Shown: positions 43,409 to 55,506, counted from the stretch's first letter. The stretch is 64,000 nt of DNA from an uncultured Kangiella sp. (GCA_950096615.1 CATNCP010000002.1:61270-125269); one strand, 5' to 3'. Made by a program: numbers and translations. Notes: generated by a model not told the origin, from the sequence alone.

Positions 43409-44002
43409 TTGGCCTACGTCAACGATTTTCAAATCAAGCGTGCCGTCAACCTTATGGAGCAAGACGGTGTCATCGCCTATCCGACTGAAGCCGTATTCGG
43501 CTTGGGCTGCCTTCCCTTTTCTGTTGAAGCGATTCAGCGAATTCTTGATATTAAAAAACGTCCTTGGCATAAGGGGTTGATCCTGGTGGCGAGCGACATT
43601 GGGCAAATTGAGCCTTTTGTTGATGAGAATTATCATGATTTGTTGATGTGCTTTGATGAGGTACCTTTTTTTGAAGAGAGTCATCCTAGTGAACCCGATC
43701 AGCCGGTGACTTGGCTTTTGCCTAAGAGTGAGTTGGTATTACCGTTAGTCTGCGGCGACCATCCTAAAATCGCCATTCGACTAAGCAAGCACCCTGTGGT
43801 GCAGGCATTATGTGATGAAGCGCAGTCAGTAATTGTTTCGACCAGCGCTAACCGCGCCGGCAATCCTGAGATGAAGCGCACCGAAGAGGTTCGTAATCAG
43901 ATGACGCATCAACTGGATATGGTGGTATCTGGCGCCGTGGGTGGTTATGATCGCCCTTCTAAGATTATTGATGCTCAAACACAAAAGGTGTTAAGAGCTT
44001 AA
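43409..44002 (+). CDS. tsaC: L-threonylcarbamoyladenylate synthase (Sua5/YrdC)
   Basis: VIAYPTEAVFGLGC, KGLILVA, VSTSAN. Confidence 0.93.
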   Translation: MAYVNDFQIKRAVNLMEQDGVIAYPTEAVFGLGCLPFSVEAIQRILDIKKRPWHKGLILVASDIGQIEPFVDENYHDLLMCFDEVPFFEESHPSEPDQPVTWLLPKSELVLPLVCGDHPKIAIRLSKHPVVQALCDEAQSVIVSTSANRAGNPEMKRTEEVRNQMTHQLDMVVSGAVGGYDRPSKIIDAQTQKVLRA

Positions 44003-44033
44003 GCTTAGCCTTACATTCACCATTCAAACCTAA

Positions 44034-44990
<957 letters not shown>

Positions 44991-44992
44991 GA

Positions 44993-46280
<1,288 letters not shown>

Positions 46281-46288
46281 GATAGCTT

Positions 46289-47185
46289 TTGAGCGTCATT
46301 TTAAACGCCATCATCCCAGTCGCTCTTGTCGTGCTGATTGGGGTGGTGTTGATTAAATGGCGTTTGGTGCGTACCGAGTTTTTTGAAGACTTATCCAAGG
46401 TCGTCTTCAAAGCATTCGTCCCGGTCTTTTTATTCGTTAATGTTTATGAGACGGGTTTAGAAGACATTGGCACTACCCTCTTTGCGTACTTTACCCCAGT
46501 CTTAATAATCTTTGTAATCTTAGCGCTGACCATGAGTCATCGCATCGCTCTAACCTCCACCTTTTCGAATAATGTCTTGGTCGGTATCCCCGTCATTTTA
46601 TCCGTGACTGGGCAGAAAGGCTTGGTCATTAGTTTGGCGGTGATTTCAGGTCACAGCTTGATCTTGTTCAGTACCTTTTTCTTGTTTTCGACACGGGTTA
46701 ATGTCACGCCATCTAAATTTAAGGCTGCGCTGGGAATCTTTAGTAACCCAGTAATACTCGGTGTGGTACTAGGCTTACTGTTCAATTTGTTTGAAATCCC
46801 TATTCCACAACAACTTTTTACTCCGCTTGAGATGGTGTCGGATGCCGCCCTTCCCTTGGCTTTGATTATTCTGGGTAGCTCTTTAGCCAGCCTGGGGACC
46901 TTAAGCCGGTCAGTGATCACCAAAACGGCATGGGTAACAGCAATCAAACTCTTGTTGCTTCCTGTAGCTGTTTTCAGCTTTGGTTACTGGGTGATGGAAC
47001 TGAGTGAAACACATTTATTGTCGCTAACGATTCTCGCCGCCTGCCCGACTGGTATTAGCGTTATGCCGTTTGTCGATGCAGTTGAGACTGATCGTAAAAT
47101 TGCGCATAACACCATAGCGTTAAGTACTTTGTTGTCGGTAGTGACAATTCCGACTACGATATGGTTAGTACAAACCCTACACTAG
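46289..47185 (+). CDS. AEC (auxin efflux carrier)-family transporter
   Basis: About 10 TM helices; FSNNVLVGIP, NPVILG, KLLLLP, AACPTG. Confidence 0.8.
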   Translation: MSVILNAIIPVALVVLIGVVLIKWRLVRTEFFEDLSKVVFKAFVPVFLFVNVYETGLEDIGTTLFAYFTPVLIIFVILALTMSHRIALTSTFSNNVLVGIPVILSVTGQKGLVISLAVISGHSLILFSTFFLFSTRVNVTPSKFKAALGIFSNPVILGVVLGLLFNLFEIPIPQQLFTPLEMVSDAALPLALIILGSSLASLGTLSRSVITKTAWVTAIKLLLLPVAVFSFGYWVMELSETHLLSLTILAACPTGISVMPFVDAVETDRKIAHNTIALSTLLSVVTIPTTIWLVQTLH

Positions 47186-47251
47186 CCCGATCGGGTGATA
47201 TGTTCATGACCCAGTTCGGGGTATCCTAAAGTCGATATATAGAGGTATATC

Positions 47252-47968
47252 ATGAAGTTATTCAAAGTAGCTATTGCAGCAGCCGTTGCGCTATTAATGG
47301 CAACAAGCTGTAAGACCACCGATCTCAACCGTGTATTAGAAGGTATTGGAGGCAACCAGCAATTATCAGAACAAACGGTGATTGCAGGGTTAAAGCAAGC
47401 CTTAGAAGTTGGTACTAAGAACAGTGTTTCGAGTACTAACCGACCGGGAGGATTCAGTAATAATTCACTGATTAAGATTGTGGTGCCTGAGCAACTGGAT
47501 AGCGCCGCCAGCACACTGCGCAAGGTTGGCCTGGGCAGCTACGTGAATAACTTCGAAAAGCAGATGAATCGGGCAGCTGAGAAAGCATCGGGACAGGCTA
47601 AAGATGTTTTTATTGGCGCTATTAGTTCAATGTCGATTGCAGACGCTTGGGGAATATTGCGAGGCGGTGATAATGCTGCGACGGATTATTTCCGAGCTAG
47701 AACACAAACGAATTTAGAACGACGATTTCAGCCTATTATTACCAGCAGTATGCAAAAAGTAGGCTTTTATAACGATTATAAGCAATTACTTGGGGCTTAT
47801 GAAAAACTACCGTTTTCAGACAAGCCAAACATGAACATAGAAGATTATGTCATGCAGGAAACCTTGGATGGTTTATTTACTTTGGTAGCGCAAGAAGAAA
47901 AGAAAATTCGTGACAATCCTGTGGCAAGAACGACAGAATTGTTGCAAAAAGTCTTTTCACAACAATAA
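47252..47968 (+). CDS. DUF4197-like lipoprotein
   Basis: Lipobox ATS|C; GLKQALEVG, MNRAAEKA, DAWGILRGGDNAATDYFR, ARTTELLQKVF. Confidence 0.88.
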   Translation: MKLFKVAIAAAVALLMATSCKTTDLNRVLEGIGGNQQLSEQTVIAGLKQALEVGTKNSVSSTNRPGGFSNNSLIKIVVPEQLDSAASTLRKVGLGSYVNNFEKQMNRAAEKASGQAKDVFIGAISSMSIADAWGILRGGDNAATDYFRARTQTNLERRFQPIITSSMQKVGFYNDYKQLLGAYEKLPFSDKPNMNIEDYVMQETLDGLFTLVAQEEKKIRDNPVARTTELLQKVFSQQ

Positions 47969-48132
47969 GTTAGACTTTACTGGTACGAGTTGTTGGTAAC
48001 GTTACGATAGTACTTGCTAAGTGATACAGTTCACAGTATTTTAGATTAAACTAGAATTTATTTTAGCTACGCCGCGGAAAGCAAGGGATCCAAAAGGTAT
48101 TTAAGCAAGCTATTAAAGGAAGGGATAAGAGG

Positions 48133-48519
48133 ATGTACAATCTAAAAATTACCAACAACTATTTTCATTCCCTGAAAGTAGATTACCCAGACACCAACAA
48201 AGTCTCCAATATGGTTGGTAAGGGCGAAACCCGCACTTTCGAAGGTTGGGGCAACCATATCATCTACGTTGAAGGTATGGGCGAAATTAACTGCATCGAC
48301 CTTGGCGAAGAAAAACTCAAACAATACACCTCCTCCGAGCTCCCTTGGACAGAACAAACCTGGGGCGGCTTGATCCGTTATCGTGGGCTAGACGCCTACT
48401 TCCGCTATGAAGGTGGCACTACGGTTGTCGCCGTGGTCGATCATCATGGTTGCCTAGATCTGAAATTCGAAAAAGGTGGCATGATTGTTCACCTTCCTGA
48501 CGTAACGGTCAGCGAGTAA
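48133..48519 (+). CDS. Hypothetical protein (no signal peptide)
   Basis: RBS AGAGG; own terminator downstream; no motif recognised. Confidence 0.75.
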   Translation: MYNLKITNNYFHSLKVDYPDTNKVSNMVGKGETRTFEGWGNHIIYVEGMGEINCIDLGEEKLKQYTSSELPWTEQTWGGLIRYRGLDAYFRYEGGTTVVAVVDHHGCLDLKFEKGGMIVHLPDVTVSE

Positions 48520-48520
48520 A

Positions 48521-48546
48521 AAAGGCCAGTGCATACTGGTCTTTTT
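48521..48546 (+). terminator. Rho-independent terminator
   Basis: AAAGGCCAGT-gcat-ACTGGTCTTT plus T-run. Confidence 0.8.
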
Positions 48547-48608
48547 ATCTTGTACTAACGTTTAGATTTGCACTAATGACATCTTGTCGTGAACCATAAA
48601 AATGCTAC

Positions 48609-51600
48609 ATGGACTATCACATGCTGAAAAATAGATTACCAAAAACTCGAATTGCTGTACTTGTCGCACTATCAACCATGGCATTGACCAGCATGGCTGC
48701 TTCGCCTGACGTAAAAGTCGAAGTGGATGATCAGCTGACCACGGACGCCGATGGCGATGGCAATGTTGACCGCGGTGATACCGTCACGTATCAAGGTGAA
48801 GTTGATAATAGCGCAGGCACGGATGAAGCGCAGAATGTGGTTTATGAAGCAACCTTGGACGCAAACACAACGTTAGTAGCTGGCTCTGTCAAAGTAACGC
48901 CAGTGGCCGTTGATGATGAATACGATACCTTGGGTAATGTGACTTTTTCTGCAAATGTGGCGGATGGCTTGCTTAACAACGATTTCGACCCGAAGGACGC
49001 TAACGCGCCAACAAACGCGGGCATGACCGTTACTGCTGAAACCGTGACCACGACGCAAGGTGGGACAGCGACCATTAATGCCGATGGTAGTTTTAGTTAT
49101 AACCCAGTTTTAAACTTTACTGGAACCGACACCTTTAGTTATACCGCGGTTGATGATGATGCCATGACGGGTACCGGTACGGTAACCGTGAATGTCACCG
49201 GTAAAGTGTTCTTTGTAGACGACAGTGCAGCGGCTGGTGGCGATGGTTCACAAGCGATGCCGTTTAATGACTTTTCTGCGATTAATGGTGCTGGTGGTGT
49301 TGGTGACGTCGATGAAGCGAATGATGTGATTTACCTGTTTGAAGGGACGTATGCCGATACGCTTGAGCTGGAGAATAATCAAAAAGTTGTCGGCGCGGGT
49401 TCCGAATTAAGTGCGGGTAGCGCGACTATTATTCCGGCGGGAACGGCGCCAAGTTATAGCGGTAGCTTTACTCTGGCATCTAACAACACAATCGAAGGTT
49501 TCGATTTTTCACCAACTACAGGCTATTCGATTAGCGGCTCTGGCGCGTCAGGCGGTATCATTCAAAATTCCAGCCTAACCCTTTCGGGGACAGGCGGCGC
49601 ATTCAATTTAGATAACCATAGCGGTAACTTTGTCTACACTGGCAATATCACTGGCTCAACAAGCGTCAATGCTGTGGCGGTTGATGGCGGTACGCCAAGC
49701 ATCACGCTGGACGGTGATGTCACGGTTAGCGGCGGACGTAATATTGATTTTCGGAATATCACAGGCGGTGGTTTAAGCGTTACGGGCACATTATCTAATA
49801 ATGGTGGATCGGCCATAAACTTATTTAACAACTCCGGCTCACCTAGTTTCGAATTCGGTGATGTCGTTGTGACTTCTGGCGTTGGTACGGCAGTGAACTT
49901 GGAAGACGGTCTTACAGCGACATACAGCTTTAATGGCGATTTGGATATCACCACGACCAATGGCGATGGGTTAATCGTTAATAATGGACTATTAAACTTA
50001 AGCGATGCCAATACGTACAACAACACGATTAATGCGACCAATGGTTACGCGGCCTATCTTGGAAGTTTTGCAGATGTGCTAAACGTCGGCACGTTAACGT
50101 TTGATAGCTTAACTTCAAATAACGCTAATGATGACGCTGGGGTCTACTTTCGAAACCTAGCTGGCTCAATCGAAATTATTAGCGATATTGTGGTTAATAA
50201 CACGAGCAAAAGAGGTGTTTATATTAGAGGCGGCACTGTAGATGTTACCGTACTCGGCGATATTATGGTCGATGGTTATGGTTCGTCGTCTAGTAGCACG
50301 GCTGTGAAAATTGAGGGTGGTGACACCATAGGAAATGTGGTGCTTGGGAATGTCACGACTAGAAATGCACTGATGTCGAGCCCCAATACGGGCATTGAGA
50401 TTGCAGGTGTTATTAATCCAGTAACCGTCGGTGCGGTTGATATTGGCTCCAGTGGGGAGGACGGCATAAGAGTCGTCAGTAATGATGGTAACGTGAGTTT
50501 TACCAGCATTGATATCGGCACTGTGGGAGCGGTGAATGGTAAAGGTGTCGGTGTCAGCGGTAACGGCGTGGGAAATATCAACTTTGGTACGGGCACGATT
50601 AGTAACGCTGAGCAATCTTCATTTGAGGTGTCAAGCGGAAGCGGTGTTACTGAGTTTGCAGGCGATATAAATCATACGAAAAATAGTAACGCCATTTACT
50701 TTAGTAGTCCGTTGGGTACGGTCAACCTGAGCGGTGATATTAACGTCACTTCGGGTAATATTCCGATTGCGGTCCAATCCGCTGGTGGAACCTACAATAT
50801 TACGGGAACTGTGACCATTAATGGGACTAACCGTGTCGTTAATATCGACAATTCTAGTGCCACTTTGACCGTTGCGGATGTAACCGCAACCAATATTGCC
50901 CAGCAGGCGTTTAGAGTGATAAACGGTAGCGCGACGCTCAATATACAGGCGGGTTCGATTCAACAAAGTGGCGCTTTCCCAGGGGTAGTAATCACCGATA
51001 ATACAGGCGGTACTATTACTATCGCTAGTTCGCTAGATATCAACTCTTTTACCGCTGATGCCATCAACTTTAGTAATAACCCTGGTGTGACAGTTGATAT
51101 GAGTGGTCAGTTAGATGTCGATTCTGCCAGTGGTAAGGGCCTAACCGCGACTGGCGGCGGTACCCTGTCTTTATCGGGGGCGTCGAATTTAGTCGATACC
51201 GCGACGGGCGCATTGGTTGAACTGAACGGCATAACGATTGGCGCTGGCGGTATCAATTTTAGTAGCGCAGCGGCTAGCGGAACGCCCGCTTCAGACGTGG
51301 TGAACTTGACCAACGTTGGTGGCGGTACTTTTGCGCTGGATAATCTAACCGTTGCAGGAACGACGAGCGGCGATGCGCTTGAGGTTAACGCTTCTTCAGC
51401 TACCATCAACCTTGGTAATATCGTGGCTGATAACATTAACAACGCGGGCATATTCTTAACGGGCGCTAACGGTAACGTCACTATTGGCTCGGTCGACCTC
51501 GACGCTATTGCTGGCGCTGGAATCTTGATTGCTAATAACACCAATCCTGTTGCGATAAATGGCGGCTCTATTGGCGCAACGGCGACCACGATCGGTAATG

Positions 51601-53396
51601 CATTTGATATTAGTGGTGGCTCGGGCGACGTTACCATGGCTGCGGCAATCACTAACTCACAGAACCGCGCGATAGATATTACGGGCAGAACTGGTGGATC
51701 GGTAAACGTTAGTAGCACGATTAACGAAACAGGCACGGGCCTTAATATAGACGGCAATAGCGGTGGCACGATTAATCTTAGTGGCAATTCACAGGCTATC
51801 AACACGGCTGCCAATACAGCGTTAAAAATTACCAATAACTCAGGCGCTATCGTTAATGTAACTAACGGCGGCTTGGATATTGATGCTTCTACAGCGCTTG
51901 CGGTCAATATCAGTGGTGGCGGTACGGTCAGTGTGACAGGCGCTGGTAATACGATTAATGCGGGTATGGGCGGTGCGCTTAATGTAGCGAGCACGACTAT
52001 CGGCGCAGGCGACCTTAATTTCCAAAGCATTTCACAAAGCGGTGGTTCAAATGCTATCGCGCTTGATGACACGGGTGCGGCAGGCAGCTTAGTTGTGACA
52101 GGTGTTTCAACGACCGTTGGTTCCGGTGGTACTTTGACTAATATTACTACCGAAGCTATTCGCTTAACCGATACCAAAGATCCATCATTTAACGGATTAC
52201 AAATCAGCAACATTACTCGCGAAGCAGTAAAGGGCTTACGCGTGAATGGCATTACCGTAACCAATAGCACGGTCGACAATGCCGGCACCACCGAGCCTGC
52301 GGCAGATGATGATACGTTCGGCTTTGTTGGTGAAACCTTAGGACAAAACGGTTTATTTGGTACGGCACGATTTGAAAATGTCACTATCACCAACACCCAC
52401 GAACGTGCGATTGATATTGTGAATGAAGGTGGTGGTTCGCTCGACTTGGATATTATTAACGTCAGCGTGGATGACAACGATGATACGCAGGGTGAAGATG
52501 CTATCCGCGTACAAAGCGAAGGCTCGATTAACACCGATGTGTTGCTGTCGGGCGGTACCTATAACGATGTTGAATCCGACGTGATAGCGTATTTTGCACA
52601 GGGCACGGGAAGCAACAACCTTACCGTAACTAACGTGACGTCGACCAATGGCGGCGGCCCAGACAACTTCCCGAATGGTGGTGGTATCGCCATTATCGGC
52701 TCTGCGGGATCGAGCACGACGTTTAATGTGAACAACAACAACCTGACAGGAATACAAGGCGAAGGTGTTCAGGTTGTCGGTTTAGCTGGCGCTAACGCAA
52801 CCCTGACCATGAGTGGTTCGATTACAGGGAACACGTTCTCATCTGATAATGCTGACGGCTTAGATCTCGATTTTGATGGCGATACGTCTGGCACTAGCAC
52901 CATGAACATTACCGTTGATGTGAATAACAACAACATAAGTTTTGATGATGATGGTATCGGCATCGATTATCGGGATGCTGCTGGTACGGGTAATTTCACG
53001 ATTCGTAATAATACCTTGACCGTGATTAATGGTGACGATGGAGTGAACACGGATAGTGATGACGGTATTTTCATCTTTAAGGACGATGATGTTGGAAGCG
53101 GCGCATCGAACTTAAATGTAGCGGCGTCAAACAATACTTTCTCGGGCATTCAAGCCGGAAACAACACTATCGAAGTTGTGGATATTCGTGATGCAGGAAG
53201 AAGTGCTTGCTTTAATTTAAGTGGCAACTCAGTTGGCAATATAGAGTTAGACTTCGATGCAACTGGAGCGGGCGGTTCGGTGACACAAGCATCGGTAGCG
53301 GCGATTGCATCGGATAATAACGGCTCGACGGTGACTGTGGTTAGTGAGGCACCAACCTTTAACTCTGCGACTTGTGCAAGCGTTCCATTACCATAA
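48609..53396 (+). CDS. Giant secreted protein: N-terminal partial DUF11, Ig/cadherin-like (tandem-95/Big_9-like) domain, long right-handed beta-helix
   Basis: Sec signal; GDTVTY...LDANTTLVAGSV; PVAVDD...GLLNND...DGSFSYNP..NFTGTDTFSY; FFVDDSAAAGGDGS..PF helix start; ~1300 aa of G/N/T/S/I-rich repeats. The start could also be 48621. Confidence 0.85.
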   Translation: MDYHMLKNRLPKTRIAVLVALSTMALTSMAASPDVKVEVDDQLTTDADGDGNVDRGDTVTYQGEVDNSAGTDEAQNVVYEATLDANTTLVAGSVKVTPVAVDDEYDTLGNVTFSANVADGLLNNDFDPKDANAPTNAGMTVTAETVTTTQGGTATINADGSFSYNPVLNFTGTDTFSYTAVDDDAMTGTGTVTVNVTGKVFFVDDSAAAGGDGSQAMPFNDFSAINGAGGVGDVDEANDVIYLFEGTYADTLELENNQKVVGAGSELSAGSATIIPAGTAPSYSGSFTLASNNTIEGFDFSPTTGYSISGSGASGGIIQNSSLTLSGTGGAFNLDNHSGNFVYTGNITGSTSVNAVAVDGGTPSITLDGDVTVSGGRNIDFRNITGGGLSVTGTLSNNGGSAINLFNNSGSPSFEFGDVVVTSGVGTAVNLEDGLTATYSFNGDLDITTTNGDGLIVNNGLLNLSDANTYNNTINATNGYAAYLGSFADVLNVGTLTFDSLTSNNANDDAGVYFRNLAGSIEIISDIVVNNTSKRGVYIRGGTVDVTVLGDIMVDGYGSSSSSTAVKIEGGDTIGNVVLGNVTTRNALMSSPNTGIEIAGVINPVTVGAVDIGSSGEDGIRVVSNDGNVSFTSIDIGTVGAVNGKGVGVSGNGVGNINFGTGTISNAEQSSFEVSSGSGVTEFAGDINHTKNSNAIYFSSPLGTVNLSGDINVTSGNIPIAVQSAGGTYNITGTVTINGTNRVVNIDNSSATLTVADVTATNIAQQAFRVINGSATLNIQAGSIQQSGAFPGVVITDNTGGTITIASSLDINSFTADAINFSNNPGVTVDMSGQLDVDSASGKGLTATGGGTLSLSGASNLVDTATGALVELNGITIGAGGINFSSAAASGTPASDVVNLTNVGGGTFALDNLTVAGTTSGDALEVNASSATINLGNIVADNINNAGIFLTGANGNVTIGSVDLDAIAGAGILIANNTNPVAINGGSIGATATTIGNAFDISGGSGDVTMAAAITNSQNRAIDITGRTGGSVNVSSTINETGTGLNIDGNSGGTINLSGNSQAINTAANTALKITNNSGAIVNVTNGGLDIDASTALAVNISGGGTVSVTGAGNTINAGMGGALNVASTTIGAGDLNFQSISQSGGSNAIALDDTGAAGSLVVTGVSTTVGSGGTLTNITTEAIRLTDTKDPSFNGLQISNITREAVKGLRVNGITVTNSTVDNAGTTEPAADDDTFGFVGETLGQNGLFGTARFENVTITNTHERAIDIVNEGGGSLDLDIINVSVDDNDDTQGEDAIRVQSEGSINTDVLLSGGTYNDVESDVIAYFAQGTGSNNLTVTNVTSTNGGGPDNFPNGGGIAIIGSAGSSTTFNVNNNNLTGIQGEGVQVVGLAGANATLTMSGSITGNTFSSDNADGLDLDFDGDTSGTSTMNITVDVNNNNISFDDDGIGIDYRDAAGTGNFTIRNNTLTVINGDDGVNTDSDDGIFIFKDDDVGSGASNLNVAASNNTFSGIQAGNNTIEVVDIRDAGRSACFNLSGNSVGNIELDFDATGAGGSVTQASVAAIASDNNGSTVTVVSEAPTFNSATCASVPLP

Positions 53397-53428
53397 TTAT
53401 AAAGCGACTATATAGAAAGGAGACTTAG

Positions 53429-53935
53429 ATGTCAGAACCATTTTTAGCTGAAGTGCGAATGGTTGGTTTTAACTTCGCGCCACGGGGGTGGGCGTTGTGT
53501 GATGGACAAATCATGCCGATCAATCAGAACCAATCACTCTATAGCTTATTAGGCACCACTTATGGTGGCGACGGTAGAACCAGTTTTGCCTTGCCCGACA
53601 TGCGCGGTAGAACACCGCTGCATGTTGGTAATGGGCATGCTGAAGGAAGTAAAGGTGGTGAAGAAACACACACCTTATCAGTTAACGAAATGCCTCAGCA
53701 TAAACACACGGTAAACGCATCGCATGATAATGCGACTGCGACGTCTCCGAGTGGAAAAAGTTTAGCTGGAGCAAGAGAAAACACCTATTCAACCTACGAT
53801 AGTGCGACTAAAGTTGCCATGGCGAATGACTTCTTAACTCACGTCGGTGGCGGTCAAGCTCATGAAAATATGCAACCTTATACAACGCTAAACTTTTGTA
53901 TTGCGATACAAGGGTTGTTCCCGTCACGGAATTAA
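53429..53935 (+). CDS. Phage tail-collar domain protein (short tail fibre / microcystin-dependent-protein-like), paralogue 1
   Basis: MSEPFLAEVRMVGFNFAPRGWALCDGQ...LYSLLGTTYGGDG.TSFALPDMRGR; HKH; HENMQP. Confidence 0.92.
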   Translation: MSEPFLAEVRMVGFNFAPRGWALCDGQIMPINQNQSLYSLLGTTYGGDGRTSFALPDMRGRTPLHVGNGHAEGSKGGEETHTLSVNEMPQHKHTVNASHDNATATSPSGKSLAGARENTYSTYDSATKVAMANDFLTHVGGGQAHENMQPYTTLNFCIAIQGLFPSRN

Positions 53936-53944
53936 GGAGGATTT

Positions 53945-54466
53945 ATGTCAGAACCTTTTGTTGGTGAAATACGAATGTTCGCGGGCAACTTTGCACCTCG
54001 TGGTTGGGCTTTTTGTGACGGACAGTTATTAGCAGTATCTCAAAACGATGCACTTTTTTCTTTGTTTGGGACTATTTATGGTGGTGACGGAAGGACAACA
54101 TTTGGTCTTCCTGATATGCGTGGCCGTTTACCCATTCATGCGGGATCAGGACCTGGACTATCGCCAAGGCGATTAGGCTCGAAAGGCGGTGCGGAAGAAG
54201 TCACTTTAACAGCAAATCAACTACCCTCTCACGGCCACACGGTCAATGCGGTTAGTACACCTGCAAGTGAAACTGGACCAGGGTTAAATGAAACCTTGGC
54301 GCAGTCGGTTGGGTATGATGCCTATGTACCATCAGGAAGTCCTGAGACGATGGCGTCACAGAATGTATCAAGCGTTGGTGGCTCAAGGTCACACACTAAT
54401 GAAATGCCTTATCTATGTGTGCATTTTATTGTTGCCTTGTTTGGAATTTACCCATCGCGTCATTAA
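53945..54466 (+). CDS. Phage tail-collar domain protein, paralogue 2
   Basis: MSEPFVGEIRMFAGNFAPRGWAFCDGQLL...ALFSLFGTIYGGDGRTTFGLPDMRGR; HGH. Confidence 0.92.
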   Translation: MSEPFVGEIRMFAGNFAPRGWAFCDGQLLAVSQNDALFSLFGTIYGGDGRTTFGLPDMRGRLPIHAGSGPGLSPRRLGSKGGAEEVTLTANQLPSHGHTVNAVSTPASETGPGLNETLAQSVGYDAYVPSGSPETMASQNVSSVGGSRSHTNEMPYLCVHFIVALFGIYPSRH

Positions 54467-54475
54467 GGAATCGTT

Positions 54476-55006
54476 ATGTCAGAACCATTTATTGCTGAAA
54501 TTAGAATATTCGCTGGAAACTTCGCTCCCCGCGGCTGGGCTTTTTGTAACGGACAGCTACTACCGGTGGCACAAAACACTGCTTTGTTCTCGTTGATAGG
54601 AACAACTTATGGCGGTGATGGTAGAACGACTACAGCGCTACCAAATTTAGAAGGTCGGGCGCCAATGCACCCTGGACGTGGCCCAGGCTTAACCGCAAAG
54701 CGACTTGGTCAGAGAGGTGGCGTTGAAACTGTTACCTTATCGGAAGCGCAAATTCCTAATCATTCGCACTCGCAGTTAGGATCAGCGGATGAAACTGAAT
54801 TTGATGGAACGAATAATCCAGAAAATGCTATTCCCGGAACGCTAGAGGGTGGTAAAGAGTTATATGGCAATCCATCAAACTTACAGCCACTTGCTGAGGC
54901 TGCTGTTGAAACTGCTGGTGGCAGTCAGGCGCACAATAACATGCAACCGTACTTAACCATGAATTTTATTATTGCGCTTCAGGGACTCTATCCTAGCAGG
55001 GGTTAA
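54476..55006 (+). CDS. Phage tail-collar domain protein, paralogue 3
   Basis: MSEPFIAEIRIFAGNFAPRGWAFCNGQLL...ALFSLIGTTYGGDGRTT.ALPNLEGR; HSH; HNNMQP. Confidence 0.92.
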   Translation: MSEPFIAEIRIFAGNFAPRGWAFCNGQLLPVAQNTALFSLIGTTYGGDGRTTTALPNLEGRAPMHPGRGPGLTAKRLGQRGGVETVTLSEAQIPNHSHSQLGSADETEFDGTNNPENAIPGTLEGGKELYGNPSNLQPLAEAAVETAGGSQAHNNMQPYLTMNFIIALQGLYPSRG

Positions 55007-55009
55007 TCA

Positions 55010-55495
55010 GTGTCTATCAATATTACATTTAGGAAGGTTGTCGAAGAGGATAAAGATTTCTTAAAAGAAGTTTATGCCAGTACTCGTTATGAAGAATTAG
55101 GTCAAACGAATTGGTCGCAACAACAAATAAACGACTTTTTAGGGATGCAATTTGAAGCTCAGCACCAGTTTTATCAGGAGCAATTTTCGACTGATAAGTT
55201 TGAAGTGATTCAGTGTGATGAGGTTGATGCTGGTCGTCTTTATCTTGAGCATCGCCCTGATGAAATTCGTATTGTCGATATAACGTTATTACCTGAATTT
55301 AGAAGCAAAGGTTTAGGAACGAAGATATTAATAAATGTGATTAACGAGGCGCAGGAAAAAAGTATTGCTGTGCGAATTCATGTTGAAAAGAATAACCCAG
55401 CGCTGACTTTATATCAGCGCCTGGGCTTTAGACAGATTGGTGATCGAGGCGTGTATTGGTTGATGGAAAAAGCAAACGATAAGCAAGCAGCTTAA
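55010..55495 (+). CDS. GNAT-family N-acetyltransferase
   Basis: DITLLPEFRSKGLGT (acetyl-CoA motif A), NPALTLYQRLGF. Confidence 0.92.
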   Translation: MSINITFRKVVEEDKDFLKEVYASTRYEELGQTNWSQQQINDFLGMQFEAQHQFYQEQFSTDKFEVIQCDEVDAGRLYLEHRPDEIRIVDITLLPEFRSKGLGTKILINVINEAQEKSIAVRIHVEKNNPALTLYQRLGFRQIGDRGVYWLMEKANDKQAA

Positions 55496-55506
55496 CTCTT
55501 ATCGAG

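Noticed and set aside
47182-47523. Short antisense or alternate-frame ORFs over core genes (e.g. 47182-47523, 35940-36266, 39899-40282, 16404-16706)
   Set aside because: Shadows of well-supported genes on the other strand or frame.
48066-48110. GAAA...GGGA..CAAAAG stretch faintly resembling a c-di-GMP-I riboswitch
   Set aside because: Lacks the GGCAAACC segment and the P1b pairing does not form.
51107-52534. 475-aa antisense ORF inside the giant beta-helix gene (plus shorter ones at 49634, 50166, 50276, 50631, 56058, 56526, 58998)
   Set aside because: Low-complexity mirror of the Gly/Asn/Thr-rich sense strand; no RBS or motif. Stop-free antisense frames are expected with this codon bias.
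53429-55006. Prophage, tailocin or eCIS remnant interpretation of the collar genes
   Set aside because: No sheath, tube, baseplate, capsid, terminase, integrase, lysis gene or att repeats nearby; genes are intact and operonic with host-type secreted proteins.
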